A DNA stretch of 64,000 nt from contig CBDAOB010000005.1 in the NCBI GenBank assembly GCA_965197905.1, positions 1,792,001 to 1,856,000 on the forward strand. Reading direction: 5' to 3'. Positions 31,227-42,272 of this stretch are shown here, one piece after another. This DNA comes from Candidatus Latescibacterota bacterium (GTDB lineage: Bacteria > Latescibacterota > UBA2968 > UBA8231). Numbering within the stretch: the stretch's first letter is position 1; the number at the start of each line of letters is the position of its first letter. Made by a program: the position numbers and the translations under genes. The notes under the pieces are model-generated. The model had not been told where the DNA came from. It searched no databases and saw nothing but the letters and a program-made list of their open reading frames with translations.

Positions 31227-33006
31227 TTTTATGTGTCCCCGTGTCGCTGGTTTTTGTTGCAACGAATCTGTACTGAAAGGCAAACAGATGTTTGAGCACT
31301 CCTAAAGCAAGTACCCTGCAGACCACACCCAGACGCAAAGGGAATCCCAGCACCGACACATCCAACAGCCGGTAATTCGGGTGAACTTCACGCACGGTCA
31401 ATCCAGCCGAACCCAGCAGTTCCGTGGCGCTACGACGCGTAAAAAATCTGAGATGGGAATGGCACAGAATTCCACGTTCGGAGTACCGAAAACGATTGCA
31501 TACCAGGCTCCAGATCACTGACCAGTGCGCAACATTTGGGAGACTTGCGACGAGAGTGCCGCCTCCCTGGAGCAGTTTCACGTATCGAGCCAACTCAAAC
31601 GTCGGCATCGACATGTGTTCGAGAACATCTCCGAAAATCATGCAGTCGAAATGGCGTTTGCCGCAATGCGCAGTCAACTGATCATAGTTGGAGTAAACCG
31701 CATCGAGATACTTTCTTGCCTCAATGGCCGCACCCGTGCAGGTCTCCACTCCAACCACAACCACGTTACCCCGAGCTTTGAGAAGACGACCGAGATATCC
31801 CATGCCACACCCTACATCGAGAATCATCCGCGCATTCGCCGGCACGTGCGCTTCCAAGTCTGGCCGGTGATCGCACATCATAGCCGGATCGATTTCAGCC
31901 TTCTCCCCAATCCAGAACGCCTTCTGGGGAGGCGGAGTCTGTACTCTCCGAGCATTTAGCATGTTGCTAGCCGCCTCGATTGCCGTCGCCCCCACTCTAG
32001 GGATCGAGTAGTGCCTTTTGAATAGTTCAAATCCTGCACGTGCTATCTCGTTCCTTCTACTCGGATGCTCGCGCAGGAAGATGATGGCCTCAGCCAACGC
32101 CTCGGCGTCACCGTGAGGAACGAGCCATGCGTTTCTCCCGTGACTGAACACTTCCCTTGCGGCTGGGGAATCACCGGTGATTAGCGGCCGTGCGGAGGCG
32201 ATCGCGGCGTATGCCTTATTAGGCACCACCTGTTGGGCCTTCTCGGTCCTTCCGAAGATCCCCAGGCAGATATCCGCCCTGCTCTGTAGAACCGCCAACT
32301 CATGCTCTCGCACCCTAGAACGCAGTTTGACGTCTTCGAGAGTGTTGGCTTCCACTGCAGCCTGAACGGAGTCTCTTCCAGGACCATCGCCCACCATGAC
32401 GAAACTAACTCCCATGCCTGCCAATCTACGTGCCGCTTCTACTATGACATCGACGCCTTGAAGAGGAATGAAGGATCCCCAGAATAGCACCGTAAATTCC
32501 TCTCCAACATCAGGCTCACACTCCCCGGTAAAGACATTCTCGTCAGCGCCTACGGGAACACATTCAAATTTCCCGGGCCATAGTCTAAATTCCCGCAAGA
32601 AATAATCGATCTGGCTGCGGGTATCCAAAATCACCCTGTCGCTAAGTCTGCAGGCGGCGACATCCACCAGGCGCCAGAACAACGCTCTTGCTCCGTCCGG
32701 AGCGCATCGAGCCTTGTCGTGCACCACTGTCTGGTATACCGAAAAATACGCATCGAATATTATCGGACCCTTCGCAATGAGCCGAAAGAACGGCAACATG
32801 AAATGGCCACTAGAGCCCACCCACAATACGTCGTAGTCGAGAGAGCGATTTAGCGTTCTGAAGCGAACGAGCTTCTTTAGGAAAAACGACTCTTCCCGAC
32901 GAAAATGAAACTCAACAACAAAGGCGCCATTCGATTTCAGTCCGTTGATCAAGATCCGCGTTCTCGAATACTCCGGATCGCCTATGGTCACATACAGAAT
33001 TTTCAC
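31204..33006 (-). CDS. GT4 glycosyltransferase fused to a class I SAM methyltransferase
   Basis: N-terminal FWGSFIPLQG and ADICLGIFG...VPNK; C-terminal ILDVGCGMG, FGDVLEH, SLPNVAHW, HLRFFT, all in one frame. Confidence 0.8.
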   Translation of the reverse strand: MKILYVTIGDPEYSRTRILINGLKSNGAFVVEFHFRREESFFLKKLVRFRTLNRSLDYDVLWVGSSGHFMLPFFRLIAKGPIIFDAYFSVYQTVVHDKARCAPDGARALFWRLVDVAACRLSDRVILDTRSQIDYFLREFRLWPGKFECVPVGADENVFTGECEPDVGEEFTVLFWGSFIPLQGVDVIVEAARRLAGMGVSFVMVGDGPGRDSVQAAVEANTLEDVKLRSRVREHELAVLQSRADICLGIFGRTEKAQQVVPNKAYAAIASARPLITGDSPAAREVFSHGRNAWLVPHGDAEALAEAIIFLREHPSRRNEIARAGFELFKRHYSIPRVGATAIEAASNMLNARRVQTPPPQKAFWIGEKAEIDPAMMCDHRPDLEAHVPANARMILDVGCGMGYLGRLLKARGNVVVVGVETCTGAAIEARKYLDAVYSNYDQLTAHCGKRHFDCMIFGDVLEHMSMPTFELARYVKLLQGGGTLVASLPNVAHWSVIWSLVCNRFRYSERGILCHSHLRFFTRRSATELLGSAGLTVREVHPNYRLLDVSVLGFPLRLGVVCRVLALGVLKHLFAFQYRFVATKTSDTGTHKSDVSEKN

Positions 33007-33031
33007 TTGCCGCCCATTCGAACCCGAACTG

Positions 33032-33784
33032 TCACGCGAGCGGGACCTTTTCTGCAATACCCCAGAGGGATTTGAATCTGCTACTAGTTCCATCTGTCTT
33101 CCTTTTTAGTCGGGGATAGATGTTTGGAACGAATGACAACAACCTCGACGGCACGAACAGAAACGGCCACAAACCCTCTGGAATCTTCTCCAGGATTCCC
33201 TCGGGAAGAAATTGAACCATCGACGGAACCGGGTTCCAAACTCGAACATCCCCATTGAACCCTGTTCTTCTCAGGAGCTCGCGAAGCTCGTCACGCGTGA
33301 CCCCGTGTCCGATTTCCTTGCGATGTCGATACACTAGGTGATCGTTGTTGGGAGTTGAAAAAAGCAAACATCCTCCTGTCTTGAGAACTCGCCAAACCTC
33401 CGCGAGAAGGGCAACTTGAGAATCGCACGAGTCGGGAATTTCCAAAACATGACTCAGGACCACTCCATCGAAGAAACCGTCGGGCCAGGGAATCTCGTAG
33501 AACGAAGCTGTCTTGAATACTCCTTGCGGACAAAGATGTTGCGCCTCCTGCACTAAGGCAGCACAGTGGTCGACACCGTGAATTCGAGCCCCAGTGGCGA
33601 AGCTAATCATGAACCCCGTATTGCAACCGACGTCCAAGACATTTCCGTCGAGGGCCATTATTTCCTCGATGATTCGAACACGCACATCCAGGTAATCGCC
33701 CCACCAAGTCTTTGGGCTCCACTGTTTATATCGGCTTGCAGTCTGCAGCAAGAATCCCATTTGCGCCCAACCGCTACCGTTCAT
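33032..33784 (-). CDS. Class I SAM-dependent methyltransferase
   Basis: VLDVGCNTG, SHVLE, RVLKTGG, STPN. Confidence 0.85.
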   Translation of the reverse strand: MNGSGWAQMGFLLQTASRYKQWSPKTWWGDYLDVRVRIIEEIMALDGNVLDVGCNTGFMISFATGARIHGVDHCAALVQEAQHLCPQGVFKTASFYEIPWPDGFFDGVVLSHVLEIPDSCDSQVALLAEVWRVLKTGGCLLFSTPNNDHLVYRHRKEIGHGVTRDELRELLRRTGFNGDVRVWNPVPSMVQFLPEGILEKIPEGLWPFLFVPSRLLSFVPNIYPRLKRKTDGTSSRFKSLWGIAEKVPLA

Positions 33785-33943
33785 CCCGTCAAGACTCGAA
33801 ACAAGCTAGGTCGAAGAATCCGTGCATCTTGTAATACGCCGCAACGGTCCACGCGAGGACACTGCAGCGCACGGCGATTAGCACCAGGCTCTTCCACATT
33901 CTGGAAACGTACCTGTCCGTCGCACTTTCCAAGCACCGCGAAG

Positions 33944-35035
33944 TCATGGGTCGACCGGAAGTGCGTTGGATGTATTCCGGAGACGTCCGAGAGCTCGCCA
34001 CCCTATGCCGTCGCGACTTTGCAATTCGAAATCTGCAACTCGAGCATTGGCGAACCAAGTTTCAACCTCTTGGCGTTCGAAATATTCAGTTGAGGGTGCT
34101 GCGAGCCGATCGAACCAGTCTGCGTGGCCGACCCGGAACGGTAGGTCCGCGTATCGCGTAAATGGCAATCTTGCCGATATTCCACGTCCCCACGGAAGAC
34201 TCCGAAGAACCTTGAAGGGCAATGAAAACACCAGGAAAGAGAGGACGTTCAAACAGAGGGAGATATAATACAGGGAACGCATGGAGGTACTGCGGAACAC
34301 GAGTCTCATGAGATCAACCAAGCGATACAAACCTTTTCGCTTCCCGTACACCCAGACGAAAATCCCCCCATCCTTTTTGAGAAGGCGAGACAAGCTAAGA
34401 AACCCACCCTCCGGATCCGGAAGATGTTGGATAACACCGACGGAATAGACCAGATCAAACACCGGCTTTAGGGGCGGGTCGAAAATGTCTCCCTGGATCA
34501 CATCCACGTTTTCGCACTCTCGAGTATTGTGACGAGCAGCTTCGACAGCCTCGCTCAAATCCATAGCGATGACCTTCGCACCGTTAGCAGCAGCGTGGAA
34601 CGAATGCCTCCCGAAACCACACCCAGCATCCAATACAAACTTCCCCCTAAAATCAGAAGGTTTCATCAATGGCTCGAAATAGCTGCGGAAGTTGTCTCCC
34701 CAATGTTCGTACATCTCGGAAAAGGTTGTCCATTGATAGCCAAAGTTTCGCAGCGTCTTGAGCTTTAGTGTCGACTCATCCTCATCCGGATCCGCCGGGC
34801 GTTCTGCAGAAGCGTTGACGTACTCGGGATGAAATCTCTTCAGCGTTTCGGCCAAAAGACCCTGTTTTAGCAGTCGTGGAATTCCGTTGATTATCGGAAA
34901 ATGATGCCCCTGCTGACACGAAAGTTCACCGTTTTCAAGATCCCCCGCTTCTCCCGAGTTAAATTGCGGTTCGGAGGATAGTAGATCGCCTTGACAGATA
35001 GGACATGCGATCACTCCTAGTAAGAAACGTCTCAT
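33944..35035 (-). CDS. Methyltransferase with N-terminal Trm112-like Zn-binding domain
   Basis: ACPICQGDL...CQQGHHFPIINGIPRL, then FGYQW, VLDAGCGFGRH, GVIQHLPD. Confidence 0.85.
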   Translation of the reverse strand: MRRFLLGVIACPICQGDLLSSEPQFNSGEAGDLENGELSCQQGHHFPIINGIPRLLKQGLLAETLKRFHPEYVNASAERPADPDEDESTLKLKTLRNFGYQWTTFSEMYEHWGDNFRSYFEPLMKPSDFRGKFVLDAGCGFGRHSFHAAANGAKVIAMDLSEAVEAARHNTRECENVDVIQGDIFDPPLKPVFDLVYSVGVIQHLPDPEGGFLSLSRLLKKDGGIFVWVYGKRKGLYRLVDLMRLVFRSTSMRSLYYISLCLNVLSFLVFSLPFKVLRSLPWGRGISARLPFTRYADLPFRVGHADWFDRLAAPSTEYFERQEVETWFANARVADFELQSRDGIGWRALGRLRNTSNALPVDP

Positions 35036-35244
35036 AGTTCGACGGACCGCCCGACAACGAGTTTGGCGCGAGAATATCCGGCTTTTAGCCGTGCAGTTGT
35101 AACAATCGAGAGGGGAACCAGATTCAAGGGATGTGGATTAAAAGCGATTCGAAATATCGTGTAATCGGTGGGAGTCGGACGACTCGGAAAATGAGAGCAG
35201 AGCATGTCGATACGACTCCCGTTCAACCCATCAAAAAGCAAATA

Positions 35245-37157
35245 TTAAACCAGCCCCCTAGAACCCTTCGACTTGCATTTATTGTGCTGAAGCCACAGCT
35301 CTAGCACAATGATCGCCCAGAGCTGCTGGCTCCAATCCCTGCGACCTGAATCGTGCTCGGAAATCATTGTTTTTACTCGCTTCAAGTCGAAGTATTCACC
35401 AGTGGCGCGCGTTTTTACTAGGATGCTGTCCAACATCCACGACCTGAGCTCGGTTTGGAGCCAGCTCGCCAGGGGAATGGCGAAACCTTGTTTCCGTCGC
35501 CGAAGGATTGAACTGGGAAGATACTTTTCGGCAAGCTTTCGCAACAGAATCTTGCTGTGCCGCGAGGAGTATTTGAGATTCTTCGGTAGTCTAGACATCA
35601 ATTCGACGATTTTGTGGTCAAGCAATGGTGAGCGGGCTTCGAGCGAATTCGCCATAGTCATCCGATCGAGCTTTACCAGAATGTCGTCCGGCAGATAAGT
35701 CATCAGATCTAGCCACAACATGCGCTGCTGCCCGGCATGCGCTTGGTCGCTGAAATAATCCTGAAAGCTGTCGGGGCCCTCATATTCGACTAGTACATCG
35801 GCAAATTGTTCCGTATACAGCAGATTTTTCTCTTTTCGGGTAAAAAAAAAGCCCAGCTAGTGTTTGGAGCCTCGGCGACCGCAGTTGAATACTCCGCAAA
35901 CCGCTTAATCTTCTTGATCGTACTTGCTCCAAAGTACGTCGATGGTTCCCTGATACCACCGAATAGGGTCTGCAGCAAATTTATTCCCCCAAGACTTGGA
36001 AGGTGACCCGCCAGATCCGCCCAAGTTCGAGCCTGATATCTCCGATATCCACCGAAGATCTCGTCTCCTCCATCCCCACTCAGGGCGACGGTAACCTTTT
36101 CGCGCGTCACCCTGGACAGGTGGAATGTTGGAATCGCCGACGAGTCAGCGAATGGCTCACCGAAATGTTCAATAAGCTGTGGAACGATATTCGTAACGTC
36201 ATAGGATACCAGGTGTTCCTCATGTTCCGTATCGAGCGCCAGGGCCACTTCCCGCGCAAAAGTTAATTCGTTGTAGGCGGTATCATCAAAGCCAATCGAA
36301 AAGGTCCTGACAGGCTTAGTTGACGATTGTTGCATCATGGCGGTAATCAGGCTGGAATCCAACCCCCCGCTCAGAAACGCCCCCACGGGCACATCTGCCA
36401 ACATCCTCAACGAGACCGCCTCCCTCAGGGTACCGTCCAATTCCTCGACCAAGTCAGCGGTCGGTCGCCGCTTGTCTACGTGGTCATAACGCACAGACCA
36501 GTAGCGTTCGATTGTGAGTTTTCCGTCCCGGTAGATAGCATAAGAAGCGGGGGGTAGTTTGCGTACGGACTTGTAGATGGTACGTGGATGAGGTACAAAC
36601 AGATATGTGAGGTACTCGTCGATTGCCACCGGATCGATGCTACTATCTATATCGGTACAGAACAAAGGAGCGATTTCCGATGCAAAGACAAGCGAGTCGG
36701 CTGTATGGGCATAGAAAAGCGGCTTTTTCCCCAAGCGGTCGCGGGCGAGAAGCAGCGAATCATCACGACTGTCCCAAATGGCAAACGCATACATGCCTCG
36801 GAGTTGTCGAAATAGGTTCTCACCCTCATCCTCGTAGAGGTGAACTATGGTTTCGGTGTCAGCTTGCGTCCGGAACCTATGCCCCCGGCGGATTAGATCG
36901 GCGCGCAACTCATGGTGATTGTAAATTTCGCCGTTAAACACGATCCAGATCGAACCATCTTCGTTTGACATCGGCTGGCTACCGCCCTCCAGATCGACGA
37001 CCTTTAGGCGGCGCATGGCCAATCCGATGTTCCGTTCGCAATAAATACCCTCGTCATCCGGCCCACGATGAACCATTCGTTGGCACATGCACTCCAGAAC
37101 TTCCCTCGAGACATGCCTGTTATTGTCCGCAGCTGCTATGCCCGCGATTCCACACAT
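35245..37157 (-). CDS. asnB: Asparagine synthase (glutamine-hydrolysing)-type amidotransferase, frameshifted at a T9 run (35842-35850)
   Basis: MCGIAG, HRGPDD, LSGGLDSS, GDGGDE. The shifted frame continues TRKEKNLLY...MLWLDLMTYLPDDILVKLDRMTMANSLEARSP. Confidence 0.8.
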
Positions 37158-38348
37158 CTAGTTTCGCATTGCCTCTCCGTAGATTTCCTCTACCTTCGTG
37201 GCGCAAGCACTCCACGTAAGTCCCTTCTCCAAAACGCTCTGCCTGCCACGATCTCCCAGTCTTAGGCAACGCTGCGCATTACTCATCAGCTCGCGGATTG
37301 CCATCGACAGCGACTCGACATCGCCACAATCTACCAGAACCCCTGACTCCTCGTCCGTGATAAGCTCGGAGGTACCGCCAACGTTGGTCGCAACTACCGG
37401 GACTCCGCAAGCTTGAGCCTCTATGACGACGTTCGGACGTCCCTCAGAAAGGCTCGGCAGGACCAAGACGTTGGCGGCATTCATCCATGAAACCATCTCG
37501 CTATGAGGGCGACGGCCAACAAACAAGACCTTCTCCTCAAATCCGCCGCTCTTCACGGCGTACTCCAGCTCTGATCGCAAGGGTCCTTCGCCGGCCAAAA
37601 CCAGAAGAAAACGTTTTTCTTCGATCAATCTCGCTGCCTCCAAAAGGTATGTGAGTCCCTTCACAGGTGCGAGCATGCCGACGAAGAGGACAATAAATCG
37701 ATCCCCCGGCAAGTCGAGATCCCTGCGAGAAACAGACCGGTCGCGAGGTCGAAACTGGGCATCGACGCCGTTGGGAACCACGCGAACACGGTTTTTGTTG
37801 GCACCGATTTCAACCAACCTTGCGGCTATATCGTCGCTGACCGCCAGCAGTCGATCAACCTTGCGGTAGACGAAGCGATTGAGTGCTCTCAAGAACGTTC
37901 CTGATGCGTGGATATCTGATCCCCGCACTGAGAGAACAACCGCCTGGTGTCCGCAACATCTGGCCATCAGTGCAACCAAACCACAGATCGTCCAGTTGCA
38001 ATGAATCACCTCGCACCGTCGAACAAGCCTGACCGCTGCCAACACGAACCCCGCAAGAAAGAATGGAGTTTGTACTCGCGCCAAGAAGCTCGTGGCAATG
38101 TTCGACGGAATCCCTCCTCGGTAAGCCACTCGTTGAAGTCTGGACGGCAACATGTATCTGAACCGAGTGATCTTGATTCCACCCAAATTCTCAGAACGTT
38201 CGATGCCCTCTTCATGTGGAGCCAGCACCTCAAGGCTATGCCCTCGGGCTTGCAGCTCGAGGGCCATTTGGTACACAAAATTCCCGTAGTAATCGCCAGA
38301 AAAACGGGGGAAACTCGTCGATAATATGCAAACTCTCACCGGCCCCAT
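37158..38348 (-). CDS. Glycosyltransferase family 4
   Basis: TSFPR, FVGMLAPVKG, PSLSEGRPNVVIEAQACGVPVV. Confidence 0.9.
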   Translation of the reverse strand: MGPVRVCILSTSFPRFSGDYYGNFVYQMALELQARGHSLEVLAPHEEGIERSENLGGIKITRFRYMLPSRLQRVAYRGGIPSNIATSFLARVQTPFFLAGFVLAAVRLVRRCEVIHCNWTICGLVALMARCCGHQAVVLSVRGSDIHASGTFLRALNRFVYRKVDRLLAVSDDIAARLVEIGANKNRVRVVPNGVDAQFRPRDRSVSRRDLDLPGDRFIVLFVGMLAPVKGLTYLLEAARLIEEKRFLLVLAGEGPLRSELEYAVKSGGFEEKVLFVGRRPHSEMVSWMNAANVLVLPSLSEGRPNVVIEAQACGVPVVATNVGGTSELITDEESGVLVDCGDVESLSMAIRELMSNAQRCLRLGDRGRQSVLEKGLTWSACATKVEEIYGEAMRN

Positions 38349-39293
38349 TCAACTGCTTTCCTCCATGTCATATAACATGGCAAAAAGAAGAAATTGGATT
38401 CCCATAATGATCATCAACGCGCAGACAACGGAACGCGGCCCGCTTACACCAACTCCAACCAACTGCTGGTAGGCCAAAAACACACCGAAACCGACCCCGA
38501 GCGGAAGCAAGAGCAACCCGAACAAGTAAAAAAAGAACAGGGGATGGAAATCCCTGATTAGATACTTGCTAAACAGGCGCCAGAAGAACCCATGGACCAA
38601 CATAGGGGCCACGCGGAGGGCGTAACTTCCTCCCTTTATCTGCGACTGCCGCTCTCCCTGCAGATAGATCGCGCGCCTGGGCACATCCAACACCTTAAGC
38701 CCATAGGCATTCAGCCGAACCAAAAAATCCATTGGATAGCCATACCCCTTCCAGGCTTTGTTCCAATCGATCAGATCGACTCCTCTCTTCGTAATAGCCG
38801 TGAATCCGTCCACCACGTCGTAGACCTTGTAATATCCAGACGCGACCTTCGTCATAATTGAGATCAATGCATTGGGGAAGAACCGGGTCCAGGGCATGTC
38901 CTCCAAGCCCACCTCCGGCATCATAAAACGATTGCCTTTGGTATAATCTGCTCGGCCGTCGACGATAGGATCCAGAAGATCGCCGATTTGTTCCATGGGC
39001 ATCTGGTTGTCCCCACCTACCACAACGGTTACATCATGTTCCTGCTTACTGGATTCCAGGTAACCGGTAATGATGGACTGTCCGACCCCCTGGTTTTTCT
39101 CGTGCTGTAGAAGTCGAATGCGGTCATCCCCGCGGCTCTTCTCCGCAACGATCGAGGTCGTTTGGTCGCTGCTGCAGTCGTCAACAACAAATACCGCATC
39201 GATAAGACCCGGCACTGCTTCCAGAGTGGGCCCGATGAGCCGCTCCTCGTTGTAAGCCGGTATTACGAGTGAGATTTTTTTCCCTCGGTACAC
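38349..39293 (-). CDS. GT2 glycosyltransferase, DPM1/polyprenol-phosphate glycosyltransferase-like, with two C-terminal TM helices
   Basis: VIPAYNEE, VVDDCSSD, NQGVG, KGNRF, two terminal hydrophobic helices. Confidence 0.8.
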   Translation of the reverse strand: MYRGKKISLVIPAYNEERLIGPTLEAVPGLIDAVFVVDDCSSDQTTSIVAEKSRGDDRIRLLQHEKNQGVGQSIITGYLESSKQEHDVTVVVGGDNQMPMEQIGDLLDPIVDGRADYTKGNRFMMPEVGLEDMPWTRFFPNALISIMTKVASGYYKVYDVVDGFTAITKRGVDLIDWNKAWKGYGYPMDFLVRLNAYGLKVLDVPRRAIYLQGERQSQIKGGSYALRVAPMLVHGFFWRLFSKYLIRDFHPLFFFYLFGLLLLPLGVGFGVFLAYQQLVGVGVSGPRSVVCALMIIMGIQFLLFAMLYDMEESS

Positions 39294-39303
39294 GTCGCCC
39301 TCG

Positions 39304-40334
39304 CTAGTTCAGGTCGATGAGCGCTCCGCCGCTCTCCAGAGATTTGCTGGCCGCTTCCAGAATGCGCACAACCCGTAATCCGCTCTCGCCGTTCGTTCGG
39401 GGGTCCCGATTGTTTGCAACGCATGCCAGAAATTCCGCGCATTCTACCCTGAGCGGCTCCACGAAGTCAATCCTAGGTATCAGCACATCCCCGGCGCGCT
39501 GGATCAATTGAAATTTTCCGAAGGTGTCGAACTCCCCCAGCGATCCGCCTATATGCCGCCGATCGATACCCTTGTCGAAGAGTTGAATCTTGGCATCGGC
39601 GCTCGAATCATCGTACACCACCATTTTCTCGCTGCCGACCACCGTCGTGCGCCTCACTTTGCCCGGGTCCAACCAGCTGACGTGAATGTGCGCCGCAACT
39701 CCACTGGCAAACTCCAGGTTTAGGTAAACCACGTCCTCAACGCCCTTCTGAAGATAGGTATAGCCGCGGGCGTTTACCGCGACCGGCATCCCCTTGAGCC
39801 ATTTCAGGGCGATGGATATATCATGAGGAGCGAGATTCCACATCGCATTCACATCCTGGCGCACGATACCGAGATTGAGCCTCTGGGAATAGATGTAGTA
39901 GAGTTCTCCGAGCTCTTGCTTCTCTATATAGTCCGCGATGCGCTCCACCGCCGCGTTGTATTCGAAGGTGTGCCCAACCATAAGCACCGTCCCTCGGTTC
40001 TGCGCCAATTCGATCAGCTGCTCGCACTGCGAAACGGTTCTGGCGAGCGGCTTCTCTATGAACACGGATCTGCCGCTTTCTATAATGGCCTTTCCGAGCT
40101 CGTAGTGAGTATCGGCCGGCGTCGCCAGCGCGATGGCGTCAATCTTGCCGTCTGTGAGCAGATCCTGGAGGCAGTTGGCCAGGCGCAGCAGCGGATAAGA
40201 TCTGCCTATGTTCTCGAGTCGCTTCGGCGATGCGTCTGCCACCGCAACCAGCTCGCACTCGTCTAGAACTCCGAAATTCCGGATCAAGTTGGGACCCAGT
40301 AGCCGGCCCCTACAACCCCGATGCCAATAGTCAT
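39304..40334 (-). CDS. Gfo/Idh/MocA NAD-dependent oxidoreductase (sugar-nucleotide dehydrogenase-like), 1-nt frameshift at 40295-40297
   Basis: MTIGIGVVGAGYW(G)PNLIRNF restored by adding one G; EKPL, VGHTF, PHD motifs. Confidence 0.8.
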
Positions 40335-40360
40335 TTCTTTGTCATTGCGCCTGAAGCGAG

Positions 40361-41137
40361 CTATCCTCTCTTCCGTGCGACCACCAGAACCCCCCTTCCC
40401 CACTGAAAGTGAGAGAATAGCTCATCGAATTGCAACGCCCGCGACACCAGTTGGACCAAGACGCGAGACCGCCCGACCTGCGTATCAACTCTTGTTTCCC
40501 GCTCATCCATGGAAGCTCCCGCCGTGCGTTTGAGCCAGGGGGCGAATAGCAACCTGTGATAGAGTCGCCCAAGAGGGAATCCCCATATCTTGGTACGCTC
40601 GACCACGAATCCGGCATTTTCGAACAATCCAATGAGCCCAGGTTTTGTATATCGTTTTACATGTCGAGCCCAAACATCACTATCGTCCCACAGCGCCGGG
40701 TTGAAAGGAACGCTAACCACACAGGGAGCCCCCACCCTCAAGACCCGGTAAAATTCGGCGACTGCCCGCGCGTCTCCCCCTTGCTCGGGAGTCACGTGCT
40801 CCAACACCTCACCACACACGAGGCCATCGAATTGATCGTCGCCAAAGCTCAACTCCGTCACCGAACCCTGACGGACGCGAAGGGTTTCCTCCAGACCGCT
40901 CCGGGCAGCCACCGTTTGAACGAATTCAACGAACTGAGGTGAATCCTCCACCGCATCGACGTCGTAGCCGCAACGGCATAGGTCGACAGCCAAGCTCCCG
41001 CTCCCGCATCCCGCATCCAAGACGCGACCTCGTGCGACGGCCCGGCGTAACAGCCGCAACAGCAGGCGTTCGCGGAACAGATGCACCGGTCCGCGAATCT
41101 CGCACTCACCCCAATCGGTCGCGGACTCAACTTGCAA
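40361..41137 (-). CDS. Class I SAM-dependent methyltransferase
   Basis: VLDAGCGSG, GEVLEH, SVP...W...D...HVKRY. Confidence 0.85.
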   Translation of the reverse strand: MQVESATDWGECEIRGPVHLFRERLLLRLLRRAVARGRVLDAGCGSGSLAVDLCRCGYDVDAVEDSPQFVEFVQTVAARSGLEETLRVRQGSVTELSFGDDQFDGLVCGEVLEHVTPEQGGDARAVAEFYRVLRVGAPCVVSVPFNPALWDDSDVWARHVKRYTKPGLIGLFENAGFVVERTKIWGFPLGRLYHRLLFAPWLKRTAGASMDERETRVDTQVGRSRVLVQLVSRALQFDELFSHFQWGRGVLVVARKRG

Positions 41138-42272
41138 GCCGATGCTCCAGAACCGGCATCAGGTGTCTTCCAATCGCCGCCGGTGTCCCGCACGACTGAT
41201 ACCGTTGGTACCCCGAGTTGGCAATACGAGCCAAGAGCGTGCGGTCAGCGTGAAGTCTGGTAATTGATCTGGCGAGATCGGCCCCGTCCGGAGCGCACAA
41301 TAGCGCGGTATCTCCATCCTGCAGGAATTCCCGAATGGCCGGCGAATCCCTGGTAACTACTGCTTTGCGCAGGGCGATTGCGCCGAAAACCTTATACGGG
41401 ATGACCCGCGCCGCTTTTGCCGTGCTTCCGAATATACCCAAGCAGAGGTCGGCAGAGCGAATCTGTTCGACCAGCTCACGAGGTCCCATCCACCGGTCGA
41501 TGAGCTCGATATTACACAGCTCTCGGGCTCTGGCTTCCATCGACTCAAAAAGCTGTCCTCGGCCAATCAGGGTAAATTGGATCTCACGTTCATGCAGGAG
41601 TCGAGTAGCCGCATCGAGGATCACGTCGACGCCATGCAACGGCACGTAGGTGCCGTAAAACAGAACTCGAAACGATCCGCAACTCTGGCCCGCCGATTCA
41701 TGGGGAGGCGGTTCGTATTCGTGAAATTCATGCCCCACGAAACTACGCTGAAACTTGCCTTCCGGCAGTCCAAACAACTGGGCGTAGTAGCGGATCTGTT
41801 CCCGAGTGTCCACGAGCACTAGATCGGCTGCTCGAAAAGCCATCTGGTCGATCGCCTTCAGTAGAACCGCCCGCCAACTTCCGGGAGCTACCAGCGCGCG
41901 ATCGACGGCCATCGTATCGTATAGCGAAATGAAGCTCACCAAAACCATCAAACGGCCACTGAACAGATTCAACAAGCGCCCTATAAGAATCTCCAAGAAC
42001 CCGGGATATCCCACAATCACGCATTGGTGTGACCTTGCCCGACCGTACTTGCGAACGAGGGAGACATACGTCTGCAACGCTCGCCATCCCATTCGCGCGA
42101 AATCTCGCCAGTGCCAGCGACCTGGTCCATCGTGAAGAAAACCCTCCCACAGTGATTCGCGGCACTCCTCGACGTCGCAACCCGCCTCGCGTAGTCCCTT
42201 GAGCAGAAACCGGTTGACCGGATACCCCGGATCGGTTTTGTACATCCCGAAGAAACAGATCTCCATGCTCAC
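41127..42272 (-). CDS. Glycosyltransferase family 4
   Basis: FYGTYVPLHG, ADLCLGIFG...VIPYK; same subfamily as the GT domain at 31204-33006. Confidence 0.85.
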   Translation of the reverse strand: MSMEICFFGMYKTDPGYPVNRFLLKGLREAGCDVEECRESLWEGFLHDGPGRWHWRDFARMGWRALQTYVSLVRKYGRARSHQCVIVGYPGFLEILIGRLLNLFSGRLMVLVSFISLYDTMAVDRALVAPGSWRAVLLKAIDQMAFRAADLVLVDTREQIRYYAQLFGLPEGKFQRSFVGHEFHEYEPPPHESAGQSCGSFRVLFYGTYVPLHGVDVILDAATRLLHEREIQFTLIGRGQLFESMEARARELCNIELIDRWMGPRELVEQIRSADLCLGIFGSTAKAARVIPYKVFGAIALRKAVVTRDSPAIREFLQDGDTALLCAPDGADLARSITRLHADRTLLARIANSGYQRYQSCGTPAAIGRHLMPVLEHRLAS

